Source: Utricularia gibba
Taxonomy: Eukaryota > Plantae > Magnoliophyta
Direction of reading: 5' to 3'
Length of the DNA: 44,360 nt
Assembly (NCBI GenBank): GCA_002189035.1
Contig: NEEC01000070.1
Location: forward strand, 1-44,360
Part shown: in pieces, positions 25,050 through 35,829 of the stretch
How the letters are laid out: each line of letters opens with the position of its first letter
Position numbering within the stretch: the stretch's first letter is position 1
The notes under the pieces: model-generated
Seen by the model: only the letters and a program-made list of their open reading frames with translations
What the model was told of the DNA's origin: nothing
Databases searched by the model: none
Made by a program: the position numbers and the translations under genes

Positions 25050-26680
25050 AGTGAAGGAAAAGGAAAAACCCCTGATCAAATAGCCATGACCCAAAGGAAC
25101 GAGAAAGTTTGCTGCTGCACTGAAAGGATTGACATGATATTGTTAGGTTTCTCGTAGACATCGTATGTCTCAAAAGCAGCGGAATTTTTAAAATTTTGAG
25201 AAACCCCAAATGCAAATCTTGGAATACGGTATACATCAGACGAAGGAATGTTCAAAATACCTTTCAGATGACTCTGTTGTTCACCAACCACCAATAGCAG
25301 ACAGCCTCTATGGTATCCACATGTGGAGTACTCTGCCGATAACCTTCTCAAGGCTCTTGAATGCTAGTCGAATTTCTCAGGTGCTAGTAGAGAAAAACGG
25401 CTCCTTGTGGATCAGTCTCAGAGAGCATGAAGACCTTTTCAGCAGATCTCAAGATCTAAATTTTTTTTTGATAGATATTTTTGTGACATATCAAATCATA
25501 TCTATATGAGATCTTTTATTTTGAGTTTAATCAATATTAATCTCAAAATAACTCTCTATTTAATTTATTCACTTTATCAATTACATCTCATGTAATTCTG
25601 TCATTCTATTTCATATCGATGAGTGACTCCACTATTGTGTGTGACCCTATAGGCTTCTTCAATCAAGGCCGTAATAATAGATTTATTAATTAACTCTTAA
25701 TTAATCAAATCTATCATTATCGATCATGAGTGGAATCTAGCAACATATCATGATCCCCAAGATGTAAGAATAATAAGTTGAACTGATTGAGCCTTTCCAT
25801 GACGAGCCAACATGCAATGAACAGCTTTCATCATACTTATATCTCATTCGATACCAGAACATGGGTGTGTGTCTTTCTGATGTATCGAACTTATAAGTGC
25901 ATTCAAGCACTAACACTCAATGACCTACTCAAACGATTCGAGTGTCATTACCTTGGGCCCAGGACTTACTGTTAAGCTTTGATGCAATTACTTGAGATAT
26001 GATCTCATCGCTAACATGAGTGATGAATCCTTTTTTAATCAATCAACAATCTCCAACCTTAAGGAGTCACATACCTACTCATCCATACTAGACAAGACAT
26101 GGTTAGGCTCCCATTAGTAATGAGGGGAAATGTTAGCTTAAGATCAAGATAACTTTGTTGACCTCAAGTTTAAGCTTACTTGAATGGCTGTCATATTCGA
26201 GATCTTGCTACTGACACTTGGTTAGCTTCCCATAGTAGCATCTCAATGATGAGTCATCCAATGAATTGATTCTCTTATCGACACTCACACATAGGTTCTA
26301 GTAATCTCATTACATCAATTGTGAGAACCATTGCCTAAACAGTTTAGGGAACTCAATGTGTGCTAGCTTATCCGTATTTGTGATATCCTCATTTCACAAA
26401 TACTCTAGCCAGAGAGTTTTAACTTGAGCATGAGTGCTTGAAGAATCTCATATTATGATCTCATCATAATTTCTATAGCACATAGATCAAGTAGAGGATT
26501 TTATCAATGATATAAATTTGATCACAATTCAAAGTAAATATCAAAAGATAAGATTTGTCAATGAGTTAATTGTCTCTAGAACACATACGCTAACAGATAT
26601 ATGATAGGCTCGGGAATTTGCTAAGGGAAGTGAAGGAACTGAAACAGGGAGTGAAGGACTCCTCCCTGATCAAGTAACAT
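25050..26680 (+). pseudogene. Possible remnant of Athila ORF2 (env-like), interrupted by an LTR insertion
   Basis: Position after pol is as expected for ORF2. Open stretch 25210-25478, and a coiled-coil-like tail DRLGNLLREVKELKQGVK on the far side of the insertion (26600-26680). No diagnostic motif recognised. Confidence 0.35.
25479..26595 (-). mobile_element. Ty1/copia Angela-like LTR, truncated at its 3' end
   Basis: Minus strand starts TGTTAGCGTATGTGTTCTAGAGACAATTAA, resembling the Angela LTR start (TGTTGG..TATG..CCTAGAGGCAAT). There is no canonical CA at the other end. Confidence 0.6.
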
Positions 26681-27595
26681 CGCTACATTGCCTCATCTCT
26701 TATTTTTATTTTTATTTTTTTTATTTCTATTTCTATTTTTATTTTTATGGTGTTAGTCTAAGTTAGGAGTAATTTAGTAGTGCAATGTTATGGTCAGGAG
26801 AATTTTGTGAATGGTTGAGGAATTTTCTTACAAGCGTGAGATGTTTTTCATGATGCACGAAATGCATGAATTTTGTTATGGCCATTTATGAACTAGTGAG
26901 CATGTTTTCCCTTGATTATTTCCATGAGGTAGCAACATGTTCAATGTAATCGGATTGGTGCATTCAAGATTTTTTTTTAAGCAAAGTGGCATGTGTTGAT
27001 CCTTCATGGAAGACTGGTTGTCACCAAATTTGCAGATAGCAAAAACAAAGGGATCAGAAAAGCATCATCACCAGAAAAGTGATGAGACCCATGTTTTAAA
27101 AAGCAACACACAACAAAAGAGCATGTGTAGACGGCAGAGCAAAGAGCATAGGGAAGTTATGAGAACAACTCAGAGGAGTAGCAGGGATCCCTAGAGGAAT
27201 AAGAAGGAGAGTGCGTTTCACGCACTCACATACAAAGAGGGGAAGCAACAGTTACCTGAGTTGAACTCTAAATTGTCCCTGGGATCTTTGTGGAAAAAAA
27301 AAATGAAAAAAAAAGAGAGAAGAGAAAAAGGAAAAATAGTAGTGAAAACCAGCATTCTTGGGAGGTAAGCATATGCTATACTTGCTAATTTAATATTCGA
27401 ATGCACCTTTCAGGATGAAACTGTCATGTATGCTTGAGTGACACCCTCATATAAACACTGGCACCCCTTCAATTCATGCATTTTGACCTGAATGTTAAGC
27501 ATCCTCATTGCTACGTACGGGATCCATTAACTATTTATCTTTTGTTAGTCTTAGTTAGGACTTGAGGACAAGTTTAGTGTTGTTGTAGCATAATG

Positions 27596-28365
27596 TGATA
27601 ACTCATATTTTTTAGTGATGGAGTGCATGAATATTACTCATATTGTGATACAAAAAAATCAGATTTTACTGTCTAGTTCTAAATCTATGATTTAGTCCCA
27701 ACCTTCTAATAGTTTTCTTTGAACAATGTAGTACAGGTCGCAACACAAATCCCAAGGAGCTGAATATGCACAATTTAGTGGTAGAAGATGAGTCCAAAAG
27801 TCTGAAAAGTAGTACAACAAAATCCAAGGAGGAAAAAGGGAAATTTTGGACAAAAAAGGGGAAAAGATGGAGAGAGAAGGTAGACCTTCCCTTGGAGACT
27901 CATGAACAACTTTCTGGAGGAGGTTTCTGGGGTAGAAGAAGGAAGGGAACGATGAACCAGAAGAACACAACTTCTCTTTGAAGATTTATTTTTCGTTCTT
28001 GATGTATACTGTTCCTAGCAAAGACTAGTTTTAGATTCACTGCATGGACAAGTTGTCTTTTCTATTTCTGTTATGCATTGCTTGTTGTTATTTAACTTTG
28101 AAACCAGAATGTTGTTTAGGATATGCTATGAAAACGTTTTCCTTTCCCTTGTCATGAGTGGCTAAGTACTTAAGGGGAGCCTTGGGGTGAAAGGGAGAGA
28201 AATGTGCTAATCAATCTTTAGACCTAATCAGCCATAAGTCACGCCATTTCCTTAACAAACCAGGATAGATCTAGGAGGGGGAAGTAGTGAAACCCAACTT
28301 CACAACCCTAATTAGAGGTAGACCAAAGATTAGGGGAAAACAAGAATCCAGGTAGATCTAGATCT
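27596..28365 (+). mobile_element. Athila-like LTR (5' part), truncated
   Basis: TGATAACTC start directly follows CTTGAGGACAAG (Athila pre-PPT motif) and a decayed PPT. It shows typical LTR composition, but is not closely similar to 20085-20499. Confidence 0.6.
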
Positions 28366-28404
28366 TGTGTGTTAATTGTTTGATTTATGGTTTGTGTGAA
28401 CAGT

Positions 28405-28572
28405 ATGGTTCACACACGGGTCGGAACCATCAGTTCCACGGTTTCAATTATACCCAACCGAACCAAAATCGTACGGTTATGGTTCAGGAACCGGAACCTC
28501 ACAGACATCGATCCCTTGGAACCGAGCCAGAACCAGAACCGACGGTTCCAGTTCGAATCGAACCCACCACTA
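28405..28572 (-). mobile_element. One end of a hAT-type MITE
   Basis: Dense GAACC(G)/CGGTTC subterminal motifs ending in CGAACCCACCACTA (reverse complement TAGTGGTGGGTTCG, hAT-like TIR). Confidence 0.5.
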
Positions 28573-29097
28573 TGTGTGCCTCTCTAAGAACTTCCTGTCG
28601 CAATTCCTTTACTGCAGGCACCCAAATGCAACCACGGTAAGTTATGAGACCATCCCTACGTACCTCGTACTCGCCTTTTGCGCATTCCCCATGAGTTCAT
28701 CCCTAGACTTATCTTCCTTTTGCGCCTTGCTAATCCTTGGTAGGTGGCCAGAGTCGATCCCAAGGGTGGCAATCCTCGCTTCCAATTCTTTGAACTTCTC
28801 TTCCAGCACCTCGTCGTCCTGCTTGTGTGAACCCTACTGAGACTGTCCGCCACAACATTCGCCTTACCTAGGTGATGCAGGACCTCCACTTCGTAGTCCT
28901 TGATTAATTCCAACCATCTTCGTTGTCTTATATTCAGCTCCTTCTGAGTAAAGATGTACTTCAACCTCTGATGATCTGTGAATAATTCACACTAGCTTCC
29001 ATACAGGTAATGCCTCCATAATTTTAGCGCAAATACCACTGCTGCCAGCTCTTGGCCGTGCACTAGGTAGTTCCTCTCATGTGTCTTTAGTTGGTAG
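28573..29097 (-). mobile_element. Tekay-like RNase H to integrase Zn-finger fragment (continues at 33307-33395 across the hAT insertion)
   Basis: [95 protein letters not shown]. Confidence 0.9.
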
Positions 29098-29110
29098 TAG
29101 GGATGAAACT

Positions 29111-29251
29111 CTAGGCCCAAGCCCATGGGCTGGCCTGGCCCAGCCCTAAAAAAGTCAGGCTAGGGCCTAAATATTGATGACCCGAAAGTTGATCGAGCTT
29201 TTGGGGCCCAAAAAGCCCGATGGGCCTAAGGGCCTATGCGGGTTAGGGTTT
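29111..29251 (+). promoter_or_regulatory. Cluster of site II (TGGGCY) motifs plus a telo-box in the hAT 5' subterminal region
   Basis: TGGGCY on either strand at 29114, 29120, 29126, 29137, 29205 and 29221; TTAGGGTTT at 29243-29251. The motifs are seen; function is inferred. Confidence 0.4.
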
Positions 29252-29437
29252 TAGACATCAAAATAATCTCATTTAGTATTCTAAACCCTCACAAATCACA
29301 TCAGCAGCCTCCATTAAGCAATTGATTTGGTACAAAAAAAATTTATATGCATTCAATGTACATATCTTATGATTCTAGTTTTGATATCATCTTTATTTTT
29401 TGTTATCATTTTTATATGTTTATTTACACATGTTAGG

Positions 29438-32400
29438 ATGGATATGAATAATGTTGAAGAAGATAGTTGCGGTTTACAAATATTACGATCATCTTCGCCA
29501 TCTCATACATCTTCTATTGGAAAGGATTTAGAAGATGTCAGCGATACTATTCCATTATCTAAGAAGCCTAGTCTGAAGTATAGCATCATTTTGAGAAGTT
29601 TGGAAAAGTAAATGGTGTTGAAATGTGCAAGTGCAATTATTGCAAGAAAATGTTGACTTGTGGTGGCAAATCAGGTACATCTCACTTATTAAGGCATTCT
29701 CGAAGTTGTTTGAAGTCTTCAAAATTTCATGATGTAAGTTCTTTACTTAGTGGTCAAACTACTTTGATTAGAAAAGCGAAATTTGATCATAATGAATTTC
29801 GAGATTCATTAGCAAGAGAAATTATCAAGCATAATCTTCCATTTGCTTATGCTGAATATGCAAGAGTTTATGCTGCAAATAGAATTCTGAATCCTGATTT
29901 TAGATCTATTAGTAGAATTACTACAATAGCTTATTGTATGAAAATCTATGCTAATGAGAAGGAAAGATTGAAATCTTTATTGTCCTCTATTTCTGGAAGA
30001 ATTTATTTTACATCATATACTTGGACAGCTGTTACTGTTAAAGCATATATGATTGTGACTGCTCATTATGTTGATGAAAATTGGAAAATGAATTCTAAAT
30101 TGCTTGCATTTGTGGAATTAGATGGTCCATATACTGGAGAGTTATTAGCAGGTAAACTATATGGAGTATTGAGAGATTGGCGAATAGATTCAAAAATCTT
30201 TTCAATCAAATTGGATAATTCTACTTCCAATGACAGTATGGTCAGAATTTTAAAACAAAGATTTCAAATGCAGAATAGGTTATTATGTGATGGTGATTTT
30301 TTTCATATAAGATGTTGTGCACATATCTTGAATTTGATTGTTCAGGAAGGATTAAAAGTGATAGATATTGCTTTGAAAAAAATTAGAGATTGTGTTAAAT
30401 ATGTTAGATCTTCTCAAGGTAGAATGAGAGAATTTGTAAAGTGTATCAGGGATGAGCACTTAGAAGATGTTAGTGGGGGTTTATTAAAGTTAGATGTAAC
30501 TACTAGATGAAATTCTACTTGTTTGATGTTACAAACTGCTTAAAGTATCATCTTGCAATCACTTCATTATGCTATAGTGCTAGTAATTCTCTTATTTGTC
30601 TTACCAAAGATGAATGGGAGACAGCAATGAAGTTTTGTGATCTATTGGGACCATTTTCTGAGATTACAAACTTGATATCAGGATCACAGTATCCCACTTC
30701 CAACTTGTATTTTATACAGGTTGTAATGATTGAATTAAAGCTTAAAGAACTTTCAAGTTGCAAAGATGAAGTGATAAAAACAATGGTATTAGCAATGAAA
30801 GAGAAATTTGATAAGTATTGGGATGAGTATTCTATAACTCCGTGTTAAGTGTCATTTTCTCACTATTTCTTAGTTTGTTTTATGCTTAATTGTGATTAGA
30901 AATGTCTAATTATGAGACTCTAATATGAGATTTAGGTTTTTATCTAGTTTAGGGTAATTATCCTAAATCTTGTATTTTATCTAATAATTTTATTATTTTT
31001 AATTGAGTTTTTCTAGAGGCGCACACAAGGCAGGAAGTGAGAGAAAGAGGGCAACATATGGCGACAAATTGGATCTTCCTGAGCTGACATTCCCTTGATT
31101 TTCAGAAGAATGTAGATGCCTAATCATGAGCCTTGACATGCGGAACACGAGAGTCTTTGACAGGCGACATCATTAGCGTACTAGTGCCAGAGCAGATGTT
31201 TGCTTGCAAGTTACCCCAAGTCCAGCAAAACCACGGGAACACAAAATCTCAAACAAAATAGTTCAGCTCAGTTCAGTTCGAAAAAGCTTAGTTTTACTTC
31301 AGTTTAGTTTGAATTTTTTTTCTCTCTCTAGAGGATTTTCTTCTAGATTCTCTTTAGAACCTTGTTTTCATTTCCTTTACTTTGTATGGCCGTTCGCGGC
31401 TAGAAACTTCCGTTTCTGGGTTGGGATACTCCTAGATCTATGTTTCGTTAGCTTATCTTCATCTCTTCTTTGAATCCGAACGGGTTCCGTATGTTTTCAC
31501 GCGACTATGTTATAGTCTTTCTGTAACAACCCCCTTATTTAAGACTCATGGTTAACTCATCACTACCCGCGAGTTTTGAAGAGGAGCAAGGTGGAGAGCA
31601 CCAACTCAAGCCCCTTTGGTAGGAGGAAGACTACATTTTGTCTATGGCCGTACCTTAGGATCAATGGAAAGGTAGTGACCTCGTCTCTAGACTCATTGGG
31701 CCATTGGCAACACTCGGGCATTTGCACACAATTTGGCCGTGAGGGTACACTGGCAGGACCTCTTATTCTCATGTTCGTCCAAGGAAGAGTAACATCGGGC
31801 TATTCCCATGACTTCTTACAAGAGAGTGTAAGGGAGGGTAGGCAATTTCTTACTCCTATAACTGGTACTCGAGAAGACTAGAGAAAAGTGAAGATGCGAC
31901 GAACATAGCTGGACAGGATTCCAAACCCAGGAACATTCATTTTATTTAAGGTTCATCGCTTATGTTTATTTAAGTTGTCTGTTCAAAACCCCTCTTATTC
32001 CCTTACTCAAGCTTCATCATTTACATTTCTTGCACCTTTACTTCCAAAACCAAATTGTGACAGTTGTATTCGATGTACATCACCTTTCACTGAAAAACAA
32101 CTCCCTGCGTTCGACACCCGTACTACACTTTTGTATTTTACGAGTTTTAAAAAAATATAAAATTTGTTGTGGAAACGACACGCATCACTCTGGCATTTGG
32201 ATGTGTTTTCTATCCAAATACAAAATTGGAATTTCTGAGATGTTGTTATGAAAAACTTGATCCTTATACTTATGAAGAGAAAGTGGATAGAGTTAAAATG
32301 ACATTGAGAAGATTATTTCATGCTTATGAACAAATGTGGATATTATCTGATCAATCTAGTGTAAATATGTTGAAAGATTCCAATTTATATGCACAAGAAT

Positions 32401-33008
32401 GCTCAAAGTTAAAAGGCTCAAGTACATCTTATTCTAAGCTCTTTCTTTAGGTAAGTTTGATTTTTTACCTTGATATATTTAATTTAGTATAATATTTTTT
32501 ATAATATGCATACTTTTTTCTTTGTACAATTGTAGGATTATTGCAAAGAAATGAAGCAATGACTTTCTTGAAGGGTAAATGTGAGCTTGATATATATTTG
32601 GATATGGAGAACGGAGATGATGATTCTGATATGAATGTTCTAGATTATTGGAAGAAGAACAATTATCGTTTTCCTAAATTATCAGTAATGGCAAAAGACA
32701 TTCTGAGTATTCCAATAACTACAGTTGCTTCAGAGTCCACTTTTAGTATTGGAAGTTGCATTTTGAGTAAGTATAGAAGCAGATTATTTCCAAATACAGT
32801 GCAATCTCTTATTTGTGCACGTAATTGGTTACATGGATTTAAGGAATTTGATACTTCAAGCAATCATTTTTTTTGTAATATTTATTTTTTATTAATTGTG
32901 CATATCGAATTTAATAATATATTTGAATTTATATGTTTTATTAAAATAGATGAAGATATGGAGATGGAAGATACTCAAGCATATACACAAGATTCAAATA
33001 ATGATTGA
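29438..33008 (+). pseudogene. BED-finger hAT (Ac/RICESLEEPER-like) transposase pseudogene
   Basis: CKCNYCKKMLTCGGKSGTSHLLRHSRSC (BED), LDNSTSND, HIRCCAHILNLIVQEGL, LDVTTR*NST, SQYPTSNLYF, KFDKYWDEYS|ITLAFGCVF, VLDYWKKNNYRFPKLSVMAKDILSIPITTVASESTFSIG. It has a stop at 30508, frameshifts, and a solo LTR insertion. Confidence 0.9.
30843..32187 (+). mobile_element. Solo LTR (Athila-like ends), 1345 bp, with 5-bp TSD
   Basis: Ends TGTTAAGTGTC...GACACGCATCA; flanks CTCCG (30838-30842) and CTCTG (32188-32192). Removing it restores transposase frame YSITLAFGCVF. Confidence 0.88.
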
Positions 33009-33306
33009 TATTTTGATATAATGTTATCATTTTTTTGCTTTAGGATAATTTTAATTATGTTTTCATGTATTATGTTATTTTTTGAATAAGTTATATGAAT
33101 TGAGAATTCAATGAATATTAGTATTAATATTGAATAATTTATAAAAATATTTTATGTATTGTACGGGTAAGCCCGTGGGCCGGCCCAGCCCAAACAATAA
33201 TCAGGCAAGGGTCATGTCAACAGTAATATGTGTAATCGGGCTTCAGCCTAACCCTAGCCCGATTTTTGGCAGGAGCCCCTTCGGCCCGACCCAATTTTCA
33301 TCTCTA

Positions 33307-33395
33307 ATTGGCAGGATGCATAGGCTATCACCTTCCCTTCCTGCATCAGTACACACCCTAGTCCCGTACCTGAGGCATCCGTGTAGGCTATTGGC
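33307..33395 (-). mobile_element. Tekay-like RNase H N-terminal fragment
   Basis: YTDASGTGLGCVLMQEGKVIAYASCQL, joining QLKTHERNY at 29097 once the hAT is removed. Confidence 0.9.
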
Positions 33396-34227
33396 CTTGC
33401 ACAATATTGTCTCACTGTCACCCTAACATGCTGCCCACATAGAGTATCTCTGTAACATGTCGTAACCACTTGCCACCCATGCTCGGCATCTCCATATCTT
33501 CTCGTATCAATCCGTAAGCCCTCTCACCACACGTCCATGTCCTTCCACACAGTACGCACGGTTGGCTCTAATCCGATGAGTCTCTCGCACTCATCGTTGC
33601 CGCCACAATCTCGCCCGTTACCCGCTCGCCCCTTGCGTGAGCTCGCCTCCCTTGTGATCGGTCTTTGCACCTATCCACATAGAATCCCACACGTTTGGCA
33701 TCTCTCCCATTGAGCACGAATGCTCAGCATTGCCGCCATGACCGTAGTTCAATGGCCCTAATTATTGCTCATGTGGCATCACCATCTACGGCCTCGCCGC
33801 ATTGCCATTGGGGTTGCACTCCCCAATCCCGCACATAGCTCATAGTCCCTCGATCACGCAGCGAGGACTTAAGTATCAAGGTACCATATCTCTCACAACC
33901 GAGGGTTAGCTTCAACCAAAACTGTCCTGCATCACAATTCTACCGTAAAGCCCTTACCTTTCATCCCTCCACTGCTCATCGGATCGCCTTCCATGCTGTT
34001 GTTGTCACCACACATCTATCCCATCACAAATCCTTCGCCATTCAGTTCTCCTCTCTCCATGTGCATCTCAACCAGCCTTGTCCCAAGCCTAGAAGTACCC
34101 ATCCAGCTACGCAATTCAGCATCCTCATGACCATCAGCCTTGACCTTCCCTTGTATGGGTTCTCTCTTCTCCCCCTTGGTGGCTGCCTCCCTTCCTCCTC
34201 CAGCCTAATCCCCCTACACAAGGGTCT

Positions 34228-35636
34228 TGATAACACATGAATTTTCCTATTTATTAGAGTAAGAAAATTATGCTTTTGAATCATGTTTTAAGTGTTTATC
34301 TTATAGTTTTTAGTATTTTTACCAAATTTTAGGACATAATATGATTTTATGTGTTAATGGGCCAAATCCTTTGATTTAGCACATCCCATATTATTAACAT
34401 TTTTTCTAATCCAGCAACAAAGTTCTAAAATCAAGGATGAGACATGAATTTTGTGCATGTAGAGATTTGGAAGAATGGGCAGCATTAAAAGAGGAGACAT
34501 AATGCACTGTTCGGCCGTCCACAGTCTGCAGGTTTAAACCAGGAACAGTACAGATGTCAAGAGCAGTAGACTGATTTTGAAAAATGGAAAAAAGATGTGA
34601 AGATATTTTTGGAGGGGGGACAAGGAAGAGAACGAGGGCAGACCCGAGGAGGGGCTTCTCCCCCAACACGACGAGTATTGAACCAGGAGAGGAGAAGAAG
34701 AACTTCATCCTCAAGAACAGCATCAGAGCCCAGTCCAGCGCTATTGTTCTGGCCAGGGAACAGTAGCAGACGGGAACCAGAACTCTTACTGCTTTATTTT
34801 CGTTTGTTGATGTTTTCAGTTTCTGCAACCAACTCTTTCACGATGTTCTTGACATTTTCGTTGCTTTATGTTAATGTCATTACTTTTTACCTTCCAAATA
34901 TGAGTAGCTAAAGCCTTAGGAATGTCTTGAGGTGAAGCATGGTGGTGTGGGTCTAGAATTCTTAATAAAATTAAGTATTGTTACTTAGTTCTTGTTTCTA
35001 TCATTCCATGGGTAGACTTAAGGAGAGAACAAGTGACTTCGCAACTAAGAAGCTTGGTTTAGAGATAGACCTAAGGAGAGGAACAAGTGACTTCGCAACT
35101 AAGAAGCTTGGTGTTAGTCCAGGGTAGAACCAGTAGAACCAGGTAAACCTAGTTCTATACACTTTGCATGCAGGTAGACCTAATTGTAATGTTGGTGATG
35201 GCATTGAGGACTAGCTTAGCCGAAAATATGGCAAATGACCTGGGTAGACTTAGTTTATATGAAGTTGTGAATGTAGGAACATGGTAATTTAAGTTAGACA
35301 TTTTAGCACCACACCGGCAGATCCTTAAGGCATCTTCGTATTATTTTGAGTTAGAACCAGTCCTTGTTACCTTTAGCATTCAGACCTGATATTGTTTACT
35401 GATCTTGTTCACTGAACTTGTTTACCACTATTGGTCCGAGCTTAGACTAAGACTTACTATTATTCCGAACTATGCATTTACTAAAACACTTAGCAAGCAC
35501 AAGCTTCTCGTGATCAATCCCGAAATCCACTATGCAAGTTTTCTAAATTTGTATTTTATGTAGATTAGGGCTTATAAATTTATTTGATAACGAAATTTCT
35601 ATTTTTGCAACGACATTAGGAAATTTCCGTTTATCA
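34228..35636 (+). mobile_element. Athila-like solo LTR, 1409 bp, with 5-bp TSD
   Basis: Ends TGATAA...TTATCA; flanks GGTCT (34223-34227) and TGTCT (35637-35641). Homologous to 20085-20499. Confidence 0.88.
35013..35112 (+). repeat. Tandem duplication (period 53 bp) inside the solo LTR
   Basis: TAGAC(T/C)TAAGGAGAG(G)AACAAGTGACTTCGCAACTAAGAAGCTTGGT at 35013-35058 and 35066-35112. Confidence 0.85.
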
Positions 35637-35829
35637 TGTCTTATTCCCCCTATTTATACCCTTAATTAACCCTATTAGGCCCTATTTGAGCCCGTGGGCA
35701 GAACTTTCGTGACCGGATACTCTATATTCTTCATCGGGCCAGCCATGGTCACCTATGGTCCATGTCTCTCACCAACTCATAGCTCTTGTCCTAGTCACCT
35801 TGTTGCGGATTCGGTTCAGGGGTATTACA

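Larger units (their letters stand above)
29098..33306 (+). mobile_element. hAT DNA transposon with TIRs and 8-bp TSD
   Basis: TIRs TAGGGATGAAA (29098-29108) and TTTCATCTCTA (33296-33306). Flanks GTTGGTAG (29090-29097) and ATTGGCAG (33307-33314) match at 6 of 8. GGCCC-rich subterminal regions at both ends. Confidence 0.9.
33396..35829 (-). mobile_element. Tekay-type 3' LTR interrupted by a solo LTR
   Basis: Minus strand TGTAATACCCC follows PPT AAGAGAGGGAGA. TATAAATA at 35651-35658. Block shared with 15049-15225. GACAATATTGTGCAAG near 33400 resembles the 5' LTR end near 38720. The lower boundary is approximate. Confidence 0.7.

Noticed and set aside
25474-26600. Clean solo LTR with GATAT target-site duplication
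   Set aside because: The left end lacks TG/CA and joining the flanks does not restore an open frame; GATAT may be chance in AT-rich DNA.
27209-27227. Perfect hairpin GAGTGCGT-TTC-ACGCACTC as terminator or ncRNA
   Set aside because: Isolated 8-bp stem within a retroelement 3' UTR; no supporting context.
20085-28365. Intact full-length Athila datable by LTR pair
   Set aside because: The two LTR remnants are not a matching pair, PBS is missing, and pol has many stops.
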